A stretch of 64,000 bases of DNA from an uncultured delta proteobacterium (GCA_963767925.1 CAVYGB010000002.1:1856001-1920000); one strand, 5' to 3'. Shown: positions 38,421 to 48,845, counted from the first letter of the stretch. Made by a program: numbers and translations. Notes: generated by a model not told the origin, from the letters alone.

Positions 38421-39374
38421 ATGTTGCTGCGTCGCTTCTTTTGTGTCCTCGTGTTGTCGCTGGGCTGCGCCCCTCAGTCCGCGGATAGGGCGACGCTGAC
38501 CGATGCGCTGGATCCACCCGGTCCAACCGACGCGCGGACCAGCACCGCCGGCGTGGGTGGCCTCGCGGGCATGGGCGGCGCCGGTGGCGTCGGTGGTGGA
38601 CCGCCGGTGGACGCGCGCGAGGCGCCCCCGCCCCCGGACGTGCCGCCCGACCGGCCGCTGGATCGCGCGCCCGACACAACCCCGCCGCAGCCACCGCCGC
38701 CTCCCGACGCCGCGCCGACAGACGACGCTGCCGGCGGAGATGCGCCGGGCGAGGGCCTCTCCGCCAGCACCGTGCTGATGGTGGTGGGTGACCCGGCCAT
38801 GCTCTCGCCGAGCGACACCCGCCTGCGCGCGTTGCTGGAAGAGCGGGGCACGCCCGTCCGGATCGTCGACGACACCGCCGCGCCCGACGTCAGCGACGTG
38901 GCGATCGTCGTGCTGGCGGGGAGCTGCGCCTCGGTTACCCTGGCGATGAAATACCGGACGGTGCCCGTCCCCGTGCTCAACCTGGAGCCCGCCGTCCAGG
39001 ACGACCTCGGCCTGACCGCCGCCACCGACGCCGATTTCGGCGAGCAGGACATGAGCTCCGGGCTGACCGTGGCGATGGCCATGCACCCGATGGCGGCGGG
39101 GCTGACCGGCGACCCGGGCGTCGTCAGCACGGCCTCCAGCTTCGGCTGGGGCCGGCCCGCGGCGGCCGCCCAGCGGATCGCCATCATCCAGGGGATGGCC
39201 AACCGGGTGGCGATCTACGCTTACCCCAAGGGCGCCATGATGGTCGGCCTTGTCGCGCCCGCGCGCCGGGTGGGCTTCTTCGCCGCCGACGGCTCGGCCC
39301 GTTACCTGGGGGCCAACGGCGTCCGCCTGTTCAACGCCGCCCTCGACTGGGCCCTCACGCCCGAGCTGCCCTGA
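38421..39374 (+). CDS. Hypothetical lipoprotein (Pro-rich linker plus alpha/beta domain)
   Basis: Lipobox SLGC; C-terminal VLMVVGD...RRVGFF...LFNAALDWA. Confidence 0.7.
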   Translation: MLLRRFFCVLVLSLGCAPQSADRATLTDALDPPGPTDARTSTAGVGGLAGMGGAGGVGGGPPVDAREAPPPPDVPPDRPLDRAPDTTPPQPPPPPDAAPTDDAAGGDAPGEGLSASTVLMVVGDPAMLSPSDTRLRALLEERGTPVRIVDDTAAPDVSDVAIVVLAGSCASVTLAMKYRTVPVPVLNLEPAVQDDLGLTAATDADFGEQDMSSGLTVAMAMHPMAAGLTGDPGVVSTASSFGWGRPAAAAQRIAIIQGMANRVAIYAYPKGAMMVGLVAPARRVGFFAADGSARYLGANGVRLFNAALDWALTPELP

Positions 39375-39377
39375 TCG

Positions 39378-40196
39378 CTACTTGAGGAACCCGCTGCGGC
39401 CCGACTCTGTCGCGCCGAGGGTGTCGTTGAAGGGGTCGTCGAGGGCACACAACGTCCGCTGCGCCGGCGTGAGCCGGGCTTGCACCCAGGGGCGCAGCAG
39501 CCGCTTTTGATATTGCTGCTGCGGCTTGTCCCAGCGGCAGAAGTAGACGTGCAGGGCCCGGCGGGGGCGGGCGGTGTGGTTGGCGAGGCCGCCGTGCCAC
39601 AGGTGCGCGTTCATCACCAGCACGTCGCCGACCCGCCCGGTGACGAGCACCTCGTCGGGGTGGCGGGCCAGCGGATCGGCGAGCGCGTCGGCCGGCAGCT
39701 TGCCCGCGCGGTGGGTCCCGGGGACCACCCGCAGGGCCCCGTTGTCGGACTGGAAGTCGTCGAGCATCCAGAGCAGGTTGCACACCCAGGCGCCCTGGGC
39801 GTCGGGCAGCGACCCGCCGTCGGCGTGCAGCGGCTGATCGAGCCCGTTGCCCGGGTTGGGCGAGCGGGCGTTCAGGCTGGAGAGCTTGAAGCGCGGGCCG
39901 AGCACCGCGGCCACGTAGGCCAGCAGCTCGGGCTGGGCCAGGCACTCGGCAAAGACCGGATCCTTGTCGACGAGGTTGGCCAGCCGCCGGGCGCCGGGCT
40001 CCTGCTTGAACTCCCGGCCGGCGGTCTCTCCCTCCGCCGCGAACAGCTCCTCCAGCCGGGCGAGGACGCGCCTGGCCAGGCTGGGCGAGACGGCCCCCTC
40101 CAGCTTCAGGTATCCGAGCTGGTCCAGCGCCTGCTGGTGCTCCGCGGGGATGGCCAAGGCCCCCCGACCATACCGCGCGATCCGCGCTCCGGTCAT
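39378..40196 (-). CDS. Phytanoyl-CoA dioxygenase (PhyH) family Fe/2OG oxygenase
   Basis: LHADG, NGALRVVPGTH and WHGG..N...RRAL motifs. Confidence 0.9.
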   Translation of the reverse strand: MTGARIARYGRGALAIPAEHQQALDQLGYLKLEGAVSPSLARRVLARLEELFAAEGETAGREFKQEPGARRLANLVDKDPVFAECLAQPELLAYVAAVLGPRFKLSSLNARSPNPGNGLDQPLHADGGSLPDAQGAWVCNLLWMLDDFQSDNGALRVVPGTHRAGKLPADALADPLARHPDEVLVTGRVGDVLVMNAHLWHGGLANHTARPRRALHVYFCRWDKPQQQYQKRLLRPWVQARLTPAQRTLCALDDPFNDTLGATESGRSGFLK

Positions 40197-40472
40197 CCAA
40201 CTCCGATCCGGCAGCCCATGGACAGGGCCCCCGCCGCTCGTGCGACTGGTACGGCGTGCTGCTGGGCGCCGGCGGCGTGACAGACACCGGGCCGGCCACC
40301 TCTCGTGAAAGAGGGTAACTGTCTGAGGCTGTCCCTGTCACCTCGAGGTAACGGGCGCCCGCTGCGTCGCAAGATGCGTCCGCCCAGCGAATCGCTCAAT
40401 CCTCGCGACCCGATTCGGCTTTCGCACCGTGCAATGCGATGGCGGTCACCGGTTCGCGCCGGTTCTGCCCCG

Positions 40473-40487
40473 TGGCACGACTCTTGT
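40473..40487 (+). promoter_or_regulatory. Candidate sigma-54 promoter
   Basis: TGGCACGACTCTTGT has a perfect -24 element and a GT variant at -12, upstream of the kinase ATG. Confidence 0.45.
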
Positions 40488-40554
40488 TTGGCTTACAGGT
40501 CGGTGTCCCTATAGGCTCTAAGGCCTTTTGCTAATTAGACGACGAAAGGAAACT

Positions 40555-43095
40555 ATGGGCGCGGCTCGTGATTCAGCGCGGTCCAACAACGGCGGTCATC
40601 GTGCTCGTACCGCCATCGGCTGGGCTTCAGGTGGTGCGGCTCCGGAGACCGGTGCCGCCCCCGCGGCGACGGCGTCGTCCGAGACAACTGGACCCGGCGT
40701 CGAGGCGCCGCGCGACGGCTACGAGACGGGATCCCGACTGGGGATCAGCCCCGGTGAGGTCTACGAGGCCACCCACGCCCGCCTCCCCGGTCGCTTCGCG
40801 ATCAAGTTCCTGACCCGCGCCAAGGGCGCCACCGGCGCCGCGGTCGAGGACTTCCAGTTCGAGGCCGAGCAGATCTCGATCCTGCGCCACCCCAACATCG
40901 TCGAGGTGATCGAGCTGGGCGTGATGCCGGACGGCACCCCCATCCTCGTCATGGAGCACCTCGAGGGGCGCACCCTCGACGAGCTGCTCTCGCGACGCGG
41001 CCCGATGGCGCTCGGTGAGGTGTTGCCGATCGTGCGCGGAGTCGCCACCGCGCTCGAGGCCGCGCACGGCGTGGGCGTGGTCCACCGCGAGGTGCGGCCG
41101 GACAACGTTTTCATCGCCAACGTGACCGGCTACGAGCAGGGCTTCGTCAAGCTGCTCGACTTCGGCGTGTCGCGCCTGAACGCCGGCCCCAGCCCGGGCA
41201 GCAACCTCGCCACCGCGGCGGTGCACTACCTGTCGCCCGAGCAGGCGCGCGGCCTCACCGCCGAGGTGGACGCCCGCACCGATCAATACGCCCTGGCGGC
41301 GATGGCCTACCGGATGCTGGCCGGGACCGACGCGCACGTCGGCAACGACGCCGTCTCGATCCTCTACCGCATCCTCAACGAGGCGCCCCGCCCGCTGACC
41401 ACGCTGGCCCGGGTCGACACCGGCGTCGACGCCGTCATCCGCAAGGCCATGTCCAGGGACAAGCGCCTCCGCTTCGATTCGGTGTTCGTGTTCGCCAAGG
41501 CGCTCGAGGACGCCGCCTCGGGCAACAGCCGCGCCTTTGGCACCCCCACGCCCCCCGCCTCCCGGGCGGTGACCCCGGCCCCGGTCAGCGCGCCGGAGCG
41601 GGCCGCGCCCGCCCCGGAGCGAGCCGCCGCCGCACCGGAGCGGGCCGCCACCCCGGTCCAGGAGCTGGCCGCCGCGCATTCCGAGCCCCGCTCGGTCCAG
41701 AAGGGCGTCCCGTCCTGGTCGGACTTCCGGGCCATGGTGCTGTCGTCCGACCGCACGCCCGAGCCGGCCGTCGACCCCGATGCGCCCCGCGACGAGCAGG
41801 ACGATGACAAGGAGCCCGCCGAGTGGGAGGCGCGCCCCGAGCCCCGCTCCCGGAAGGAAGAGCGCGAGCTGCGCCGCCTCTCCGGCCACTCCGAGCACGA
41901 CCTGCCGGTGTCGCGGGCCCCCGCCCGCGCCGAGGTCCGCTCCCCCGCGCTCTCCGCACAGGTGACAACCCGGGCCGAGCTCCCCTCGCAGCGAACCCCC
42001 GCCCCGTCGATGTCTCCGGATCGCTCTTCTTCGGACCAGCTGGCATCGTCGGTCTCCTCGGACCGCCTGTCGTCGCGCTCGTCCGACCGCCACCCCCGGC
42101 GGGGCGACAAGCCCTCCTTCCGCGACACCCTGAGCGAACGCTTCTTCGCCGACGGCGACCGCAAGGGCGAAGAGGGCAGCTGGACCGCCGCCGACCTCGA
42201 CGACCAGCGCCCCGAAGGCGCCGACCAGTTCGACGACTTCGACGCCATCCCCCGCCGCCGCTGGCCGATGTACATCGGCCTGGCCATGGTCGCCGCCCTC
42301 GTCCCCGTCGTCGTGACCATCTGGCCCGACATCCAGGAGACCTTCTTTTCTTCGCGCCCCTCGTCCTTCTGGTCCGACACGACCCGCACCGGCGAGACGA
42401 TCCTCCCCACAACGGTCCCCGGCGCCCCCGCTCAAGCCGCCGCCATCCCCCTGGCCGTGGACACCCCCACCGCCGCCGAGACCGCCGCCGCCAGGCTCCC
42501 CCCCGGCGCCGCCGCCACAAACCCCACGTCTCCGCCGAGCAACACCCGCACCCCCGCCGGCACCACCCCCGCCGCCCCCATCCCCCCCACCCGCCCAGCA
42601 GCCGGGCTACCCGCCCCCCACTCCGCGGCCACCTCCCCCGCCGGCAGCGCCCCGTCCACCGCCGCTGCCCCCTCGACCGGCATCGACACCGCCACTCCGA
42701 CCGGCGCCGCCGCCCCCTCGACCGGCATCGGCACCGCCACTCCGACCGGCGCCGCCGCCCCCATCACCTCCGGCTGGGGCCTCCCCTCCACCCCACCCCC
42801 CGCCGTCGCCCCCGAGCTCCCGCCCCCCGCCCAGCCGAGCGCCGCCCAACCCACCCCCACTTGGCTCCCGTCGTCCCCCACCCCCGCCCCCCCCACCGGC
42901 GGCTGGGCCAACCAACCCGCGCCCACTCAACCCATCCCCGCGGCCCCCACCCAACCCTCCGCCTCCGCCGCCTGGGGCTCCCCCGCCCCTCAGCAACCCG
43001 CCGCCGCCCCCGCCCCCCGCGAGCGCACCGGCGACGTCCCCCTCCGCGGCTACGTCTGGTCCCCCAAAGAACGCCGCCTCGTCCCCGCCCAGTAG
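40555..43095 (+). CDS. Hanks-type Ser/Thr kinase-like membrane protein (probable pseudokinase)
   Basis: AIK, HPNIV, HREVRPDN, DFG and YLSPEQ motifs, then a TM and Pro/Thr-rich tail. RBS AAGGA. Confidence 0.88.
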   Translation: MGAARDSARSNNGGHRARTAIGWASGGAAPETGAAPAATASSETTGPGVEAPRDGYETGSRLGISPGEVYEATHARLPGRFAIKFLTRAKGATGAAVEDFQFEAEQISILRHPNIVEVIELGVMPDGTPILVMEHLEGRTLDELLSRRGPMALGEVLPIVRGVATALEAAHGVGVVHREVRPDNVFIANVTGYEQGFVKLLDFGVSRLNAGPSPGSNLATAAVHYLSPEQARGLTAEVDARTDQYALAAMAYRMLAGTDAHVGNDAVSILYRILNEAPRPLTTLARVDTGVDAVIRKAMSRDKRLRFDSVFVFAKALEDAASGNSRAFGTPTPPASRAVTPAPVSAPERAAPAPERAAAAPERAATPVQELAAAHSEPRSVQKGVPSWSDFRAMVLSSDRTPEPAVDPDAPRDEQDDDKEPAEWEARPEPRSRKEERELRRLSGHSEHDLPVSRAPARAEVRSPALSAQVTTRAELPSQRTPAPSMSPDRSSSDQLASSVSSDRLSSRSSDRHPRRGDKPSFRDTLSERFFADGDRKGEEGSWTAADLDDQRPEGADQFDDFDAIPRRRWPMYIGLAMVAALVPVVVTIWPDIQETFFSSRPSSFWSDTTRTGETILPTTVPGAPAQAAAIPLAVDTPTAAETAAARLPPGAAATNPTSPPSNTRTPAGTTPAAPIPPTRPAAGLPAPHSAATSPAGSAPSTAAAPSTGIDTATPTGAAAPSTGIGTATPTGAAAPITSGWGLPSTPPPAVAPELPPPAQPSAAQPTPTWLPSSPTPAPPTGGWANQPAPTQPIPAAPTQPSASAAWGSPAPQQPAAAPAPRERTGDVPLRGYVWSPKERRLVPAQ

Positions 43096-43179
43096 CGAGC
43101 CTCCCGCCCCTCTCCGCCTTGCCAAGGAAGGCCCCGGCAGAGGGGGCGTTCCTCGCCGTGGAGGGCAGCGCCCGGACCC

Positions 43180-43263
43180 GGCAACGGCCCCCCTCACCCT
43201 GACCCTCTCCCCCCAGCCGCAGACGGCCGTGGGGAGAGGGCAAACAGCCAGCGGGTAGTCGCC
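43180..43263. repeat. Partial composite REP-like element
   Basis: CCCCTCACCCTGACCCTCTCCCC..CCGCAGACGG..GGGGAGAGGGCAAAC. Confidence 0.75.
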
Positions 43264-43352
43264 CAAATCACCCGCCGCTCGCCCAGGCATCGACGCAGGA
43301 AGGCCCGGCCCCCAGCAGCCGCTCGCCAGGCCGCCGACGCGAGCGGAGCGCA

Positions 43353-43488
43353 GGGGAGGGGAGGACCTGGCCGGGGGCGAGTGGAGGCGCGCACTTCGCG
43401 TCTGCGCGAAGTCGCCAGCGCCGAACAGAGGGGCGAGCGCGAAGCGCTGTAAGCCCCGGCGAGCCCCCGGGCAAGACCTCCCCTCCCC
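43353..43488. repeat. MITE-like long inverted repeat with internal hairpins
   Basis: 26-bp arms (23/26 match). Internal hairpins ACTTCGCG-TCTG-CGCGAAGT and AGCGC-GAA-GCGCT. Confidence 0.6.
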
Positions 43489-43595
43489 GAAGCGCAGCGC
43501 CCCCACGCATCCGCGATAGCCAGCGCCCTGGAGCTGGGCGGCCACCTGGGCCCGACCCGACGCTCCCCGACTCGACAAAACCCTCGCCCCGCCCG

Positions 43596-43642
43596 AAAAA
43601 AGAAAAGCGCCAGGCTCCCGGGTGCCCCGGAGTGCCTGGCGC
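43596..43642 (-). terminator. Rho-independent terminator of OmpA gene
   Basis: GCGCCAGGC..GCCTGGCGC stem followed by TTTTCTTTTTT on the minus strand. Confidence 0.75.
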
Positions 43643-43707
43643 GTGTGGATTTGGATTCGTCTTCGGCGCTTGCCTGCTCTGGGCTGGCCGACCGACCCGG
43701 ACGCGCC

Positions 43708-44427
43708 CTAGCGGGCGGCGGCCTGCTGCTGCTCTATGAGCCTGTCATCCGCCTTCGCCGCCTTCGCATCCCGCTCCCGCAGGTCCTCATTCGGCGCGAT
43801 GTGCACCTCGACCCGCCGGTTCTTCTGTCGCCCATCGTCGGTAGAATTGCTGGCCACCGGCCGATCGTAAGCGTACCCCCGCGGCGTCAACCGGTCCTTG
43901 TTCACCCCCCGCGCCGCCATGTATTCGACGACGACCTCCGCCCGCTGCAGCGAGAGCTTCTCATTCAGCTCCCGCGGCCCCGTGCTGTCGGTGTGCCCTT
44001 CGATGGCGAGATCCGTCTCCGAATACCGCTTGAGCACCTCGCCGAACTCATCGAGGTCCTTCTTGGCACTCGGCCGCAACGACGCCTCCCCCGTATCGAA
44101 GAGGATCGCCGAGTTGAACTCCACGACGAGCTTGTCGCCCGCCCGGACCACCCGCGCCGACTCCACCTCCTTGCGGAGCTCCTTCTCCTGGTTGTCCATG
44201 TAGCGCCCCACCAGCGTCCCGGCAGTGGCGCCAACGACGGCACCCACCCCCGCGCCAACGAGCGCCCCCTTCTTGCCGCCGGCCGCGGCGCCAACGCCCG
44301 CCCCGACAGCCGCACCACCACCAGCGCCCACCGCCGCCCCGGTCTTCTGCCGGGAGGCGCAGCCGCCCACTACGAGAGCCATCGACACTGCCAGGGCCAC
44401 GCGGCCCGCTCGGTTTGGATTTGACAC
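43708..44427 (-). CDS. OmpA family lipoprotein (YiaD-like, glycine zipper)
   Basis: Lipobox VGGC, glycine zipper, GHTDSTG..NEKLS.QRA and NRRVE motifs. Confidence 0.93.
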   Translation of the reverse strand: MSNPNRAGRVALAVSMALVVGGCASRQKTGAAVGAGGGAAVGAGVGAAAGGKKGALVGAGVGAVVGATAGTLVGRYMDNQEKELRKEVESARVVRAGDKLVVEFNSAILFDTGEASLRPSAKKDLDEFGEVLKRYSETDLAIEGHTDSTGPRELNEKLSLQRAEVVVEYMAARGVNKDRLTPRGYAYDRPVASNSTDDGRQKNRRVEVHIAPNEDLRERDAKAAKADDRLIEQQQAAAR

Positions 44428-44561
44428 CTGCGCACCCTCCTTTGGACTAAGGCGTTCCTTCAGATCGTTCAGGTCTTCACTGACAATCTGGGTCCGGTTC
44501 GCCGCGGCACCAGACGCGCGGCGTGAAGGGTGCGAAGGTGGCTGACGGGTGGAGGCGGCTC

Positions 44562-46028
44562 TCAGGAGTTCTGGGGAACGGTGAACCCCTTACGTGGCTT
44601 CCGGGAGAGCAGGGCGTTCGCCTCGGACGGTCCCTTGCTGAAGGTCTCCGTCTTGGGGTCGACGCTCAGCGCGGCGCCGAGCTTGAACTGGGTCTTGTCG
44701 AGCGGCACGCCGTTGTCGGCCAGGTGCTTCTCGAAGCGGCCGAAGGCCTCCTCCGACTCGCGGATCTTGGCCAGCTCGGTCGGCTTCTTGCCGAGGGGCG
44801 CGTTCTTGCCCAGCCGGTAGGAGATGTTGCCGAGGTGGCAGAGGGCCGCCGAGAGGTGCCCCTCCTCGATGTCCGCCGTGAGGTCGGTGTGCTTGCGCGA
44901 GCGCACCGCCTTGACGAAGTTGTCGAAGTGGTCGGCGTCGCCGCTGAAGCTGGTCACCTTCTCCCCCTTGAGGTCGAAGATGGTGCCGCTCGAGTAGCTG
45001 TTGCTGACCGCGTAGCCCTCGGTGCCGTGGAAGATGTTGCCGACCTTGGCCCCCTTGAAGTTGTCGGTCTTGAGGCCCCGCACCTCGAACACGAGCTGGG
45101 CGTCGCCGTAGTCGTAAAAGCAGATCTGGCTGTTGGGCGTCTCGCCGTCGTCGACGTAGCCGAAGCGTCCGCCCAGCCCGACCACCGAGGTCGGCAAGGT
45201 GGTCTTGCCGAGGCCCCAGCGGGCCTTGTCCATCTCGTGCACGCCCTGGTTGCCGATGTCGCCGTTGCCGTACTCCCACTGCCAGTGCCAGTCGTAGTGG
45301 AACTGCTCGCGGGGGACGTCCTTGCGAGCGGCGGCCGGGCCCAGCCACAGGTCGTAGTTCACGGTCGAGGGCGGCTTGCCGGCCGCGGCCACCTTGCCGA
45401 TGCTCTGGCGGCCCTTGTAGCAGAGGCCGCGCGCCACCGTGACCTTGCCCAGCTTGCCCGAGCGGACGTAGTCGATGAACTGGCGCATGCCCGGGTTGCT
45501 GCGGCTCTGCGAGCCGGTCTGCACGATGCGCCCGTGCTTGCGGGCGAACTGCACCACCATGCGCCCCTCGTGGACGTTGTGGCTGACCGGCTTCTCCAGG
45601 TAGACGTCCTTGCCGGCCTGGACCGCCCAGATCGCCGACAGGGAGTGCCAGTGGTTGGGCGTCGCCACCGTGATGATGTCGATCGACTTGTCCTCGAGCA
45701 CGCGGCGCAGGTCCTGCTGGAAGGCGGGGGCCTTGCCGGTCTTGCCCTCGACGTGCTGCTTGGCCTTGGCGAAGGTGCTGTCGTCGACGTCGCAGATCAT
45801 CGCCACCTCGGTGTCCGGTCGCCCGGAGAAGGCGCGCACGTGCGACATGCCGCGGCCGTTGACTCCGACCACGCAGACGCGCAGGCGATCGCTGGGCGCC
45901 GCCTTCTTTGCCGCCTCTTTTGCGGCCTCCTGGGCGCGCGCGCCGCGGGGGGTGGCCGCGGCCGCGACCGCCGCCGCGGTGGCGAACATGGAGTCTTCCA
46001 GGAAACGACGACGGGTAAAGCGCGACAT
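44562..46028 (-). CDS. Gfo/Idh/MocA oxidoreductase with Tat signal
   Basis: TRRRFL, GVNGRG, ATPNHWH, EKPVSH and NQGVHEMD motifs. Confidence 0.92.
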   Translation of the reverse strand: MSRFTRRRFLEDSMFATAAAVAAAATPRGARAQEAAKEAAKKAAPSDRLRVCVVGVNGRGMSHVRAFSGRPDTEVAMICDVDDSTFAKAKQHVEGKTGKAPAFQQDLRRVLEDKSIDIITVATPNHWHSLSAIWAVQAGKDVYLEKPVSHNVHEGRMVVQFARKHGRIVQTGSQSRSNPGMRQFIDYVRSGKLGKVTVARGLCYKGRQSIGKVAAAGKPPSTVNYDLWLGPAAARKDVPREQFHYDWHWQWEYGNGDIGNQGVHEMDKARWGLGKTTLPTSVVGLGGRFGYVDDGETPNSQICFYDYGDAQLVFEVRGLKTDNFKGAKVGNIFHGTEGYAVSNSYSSGTIFDLKGEKVTSFSGDADHFDNFVKAVRSRKHTDLTADIEEGHLSAALCHLGNISYRLGKNAPLGKKPTELAKIRESEEAFGRFEKHLADNGVPLDKTQFKLGAALSVDPKTETFSKGPSEANALLSRKPRKGFTVPQNS

Positions 46029-46188
46029 GGGTGACCTCCTCCGGGTGGCAATCCAGCAATCACCCGACGAGGGTCAGCGCCCTTTGGGGTGAGCTACGTT
46101 AGATACACCCCTTCAACCGCGGCAGTTGAGGAAATCGATGGCGTCGGCCCGACGGAGACCGCGCCGATCCGCGCAGCGTGAAAACGGT

Positions 46189-47022
46189 TCAGTGCAGGTG
46201 GCGGAAATCGGGATGGCGCATCAGCGAGACCGCGAGGTTCTGCTGCGTCGACTGCTCGATCCACGCCACCACGCGCGATTGGCTGAGGTACATCTGCGCC
46301 ATCATCAGCGAGACGGTCACCAGCGCGACCGCGCCGCTCAGCCGCAGGACCGCCCGCCCGCTGCCGCCGGCCTGCGCCGCCACCGCGGCCAGGGCCGGGG
46401 TCCCCTCGTCCGCCGCGCCCGCCATCTCGTTCAGCCCCTGCAGGCCCCGATCGACCCCCCGCCCGAGCGGCAGCCGGATCCGTCCCCACAGCCCGCTCGC
46501 CCAGCGGCGCAAGCAGGCCAGGCGGGGCGAGATCGCCGCCAGCACCAGCGGCATGAAATACACCAGCTCGACCGCGATGACCTCCAGCCCGCGCTTGCTG
46601 AAGAACTCGACCCCCGTGGGCGCGGGCGGGATCGGCCGCCAGGGGAAGGTCACGCGCACCTCCTCGAACGGCCAGAAGAAGGGAATCCCTCGGGTCCGGT
46701 AGGTCATGGCATCGAGGATCCCGTGGCTGGTGACGGCCAGGAAGGCGAGCACCGCCGTGAACCAGGGCCGGGTCCCCCACTTGCGCGCGACAAGGAAGGC
46801 GACCCCCGCGACCGCGGTCGCGAAGAGCAGCGAGTGGGAGTAACCACGGTGCCCGTAATAACTGTGATCGTGCAGACCAAACGAGAGGCCCAGGACGTCG
46901 GCGTCCGGCAGCAGCGCCAGACCCGCGAACGTGGTCATGGCGACCGCTTGCTCGCGCCCAGAACGCGCCTCGTACGCCCTCCCCAACAGGAACCCAACCG
47001 CGAGGTGTCCGATGCTAGCCAC
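46189..47022 (-). CDS. YdjM-like inner-membrane metal-dependent hydrolase
   Basis: GH, LPDAD, HRGYSHS and SHGILD motifs. Confidence 0.85.
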   Translation of the reverse strand: MASIGHLAVGFLLGRAYEARSGREQAVAMTTFAGLALLPDADVLGLSFGLHDHSYYGHRGYSHSLLFATAVAGVAFLVARKWGTRPWFTAVLAFLAVTSHGILDAMTYRTRGIPFFWPFEEVRVTFPWRPIPPAPTGVEFFSKRGLEVIAVELVYFMPLVLAAISPRLACLRRWASGLWGRIRLPLGRGVDRGLQGLNEMAGAADEGTPALAAVAAQAGGSGRAVLRLSGAVALVTVSLMMAQMYLSQSRVVAWIEQSTQQNLAVSLMRHPDFRHLH

Positions 47023-47218
47023 CCCTTAGGTTATCACTCGAGTTTTACAGACGCCGGCCAATTGTATTGATTCAAAGACAATCTCAGGACGATCGGTAGT
47101 CCATTGACCACCCATCCCCGTACCGCCACGTACATCTTGACGCAGTAATTGCAGCCACTTACGGGCCCTGACGCACGCCTCGGGACCTCAGCGGTAGATG
47201 TCCTTTCTCAGTCGTGGG

Positions 47219-47407
47219 CGCGCCCGGACCCCTCACCCCCTCCCTCTCCCCGCGGCAGACCGCGGGGCGAGGGCGAACGATCCCCAGGTCCCACGATCCT
47301 CACCCTCGAGGATCCAGATCGGATCCACCTCGATTCCCGCTCGCCCCTGCCGGGTCGCCCTCGCCCCGCGCAGCGGGGAGAGGGAGGGTGAGGGGTCTCC
47401 GGGCGCG
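47219..47407. repeat. Inverted REP doublet (REPIN-like)
   Basis: Same arms as 24195-24376, around a different ~75-bp spacer. Confidence 0.8.
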
Positions 47408-48664
47408 CTAGCTGCCGGGCAACCAGAGGCCCGAGGGGGTGACGGCCGCGCGCAGCTCGACGCCCTCGACGTCCATCTGCGAGCCCTCCCCCCGCCGGGT
47501 GGCCTGGTAACGCTTCCAGGTCCAGGCCGCCTGGGCGCCGAGGCGAAACGCCTTGGGCACCCGCTCGCGCAGCGACCCCACCCCCAGCGGCAGGATCTGC
47601 CGCCCGGTGGGCCGCTCGCTGCCCGACCGGTCCAGCGCGGTCGGGCGGCTGAGCACGTCCGAGGTGAGCGCGACGACCTCCGCCGCCCCGGCGAGCGCGT
47701 TGAGGTGGTCCTGCTGCACGCGCAGCCCCAGCTCCGCCCAGGCCGTCGACCAGCGCGCCTCGCGGGCCTGGCTCATGGCCCCGAACCGTTGATCGTGCCG
47801 GCGCTCGGCGTAGGTCCGCTGCGGCCAGGCGAGCTGGGTGAGCACGCAGCTCTCGACCAGGAGGTCGGGCCGCTCGCTCGCCGGGAGCAGCCGGGGCAGG
47901 CCTGCCAGCCGGTAGGACCGGCACAGCTCCGCGACCTTCGCCTCCACCTCCTCGGCGCTGCCGGGGCCCTCGAAGATGGCGTCGAGGCCCCGCACCAGCG
48001 TCCCGTTGATGCCGGTGAGGTCCACGACCCGGGTCTCGACGCGGGCCCGCACGCCGGGGTCCTTGAAGGTGGCGGCCACCGTCTCGTCGAGCGCGGCCCC
48101 GTCGATGTCGACCAGCACCACCCGCTCGAAGGCGGCGGCCAGCGCCGGCAGGGGCAGGTCGAAGGCCCGCCCGGCGCCGAACACGACCACCTGCTTGCGG
48201 CCGCTGCAGCTGGCGATGGCCTGCTCGATGAACGCCCGGTTCTTCTGGCCGTGGGCCCACCAGCCCTCGCGGTTCTCGCGCTGGGCTCCGCTGATGCCCA
48301 CCGAGGTCTCGCGAAAGCCCAGCTTGGCGAAGGCGTCGGCGTCGACCGCCGGCTCGAAGGGCCAGGCCGCCGCGGGCGCCTGCGGCCGGCCGGCCAGCAC
48401 GGTCAGCAGGTCCCCCACGTTGCAGTCGGGCGCCTTGCCGGCGAGCTGGAACATCGCCCGCCCGAAGGTCATCAGGTGGTCGAACTGCTCGTCCCGCCAG
48501 CTCGCCGCCCCCGACAGCGCCTCCCGCAGCGGCCGGAAGTCGGCCGCGGCCAGGGGAGGCGAGCGGGCGATGCTCAGCTCCCCCGCGTACCAGGCCAGCG
48601 AGCGCTCCACCGCCACGCGGGAGGCGGCCAGGGCCGCGTCATCGGCGTTCGAGCGGGGCGTCAC
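47408..48664 (-). CDS. Hypothetical protein with SAM-methyltransferase-like motif
   Basis: VVVFGAGRAFDLPL...VVLVDID. Start uncertain. Confidence 0.65.
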   Translation of the reverse strand: MTPRSNADDAALAASRVAVERSLAWYAGELSIARSPPLAAADFRPLREALSGAASWRDEQFDHLMTFGRAMFQLAGKAPDCNVGDLLTVLAGRPQAPAAAWPFEPAVDADAFAKLGFRETSVGISGAQRENREGWWAHGQKNRAFIEQAIASCSGRKQVVVFGAGRAFDLPLPALAAAFERVVLVDIDGAALDETVAATFKDPGVRARVETRVVDLTGINGTLVRGLDAIFEGPGSAEEVEAKVAELCRSYRLAGLPRLLPASERPDLLVESCVLTQLAWPQRTYAERRHDQRFGAMSQAREARWSTAWAELGLRVQQDHLNALAGAAEVVALTSDVLSRPTALDRSGSERPTGRQILPLGVGSLRERVPKAFRLGAQAAWTWKRYQATRRGEGSQMDVEGVELRAAVTPSGLWLPGS

Positions 48665-48845
48665 GGCTGGCAATCTAACACCCCTCGCGGGGCCTGCTGT
48701 CCGGTCGCCGCCGTCTGCCGCCGCCCTGGTGGCCGGCACGAAGATATATCGTCATTCGTTGGTGCGTTTTGTGAGCGGCTCCCCGCGGCGGACCTCACTC
48801 ATTCTATAGTTCTCTACTGCGCTCAACTCCGGAGGACCCCCTGAC

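Noticed and set aside
40285..40400. c-di-GMP or other riboswitch (GAAA and GCAA hairpins)
   Set aside because: Hairpins are present, but the conserved GGCAAA...GACGCAAA core is missing and I could not match any family by eye.
43107..43167. Third copy of the GH95 fragment
   Set aside because: The resemblance (PRKAP/EGAFL) is short and gapped, and is explainable by a GC-rich hairpin.
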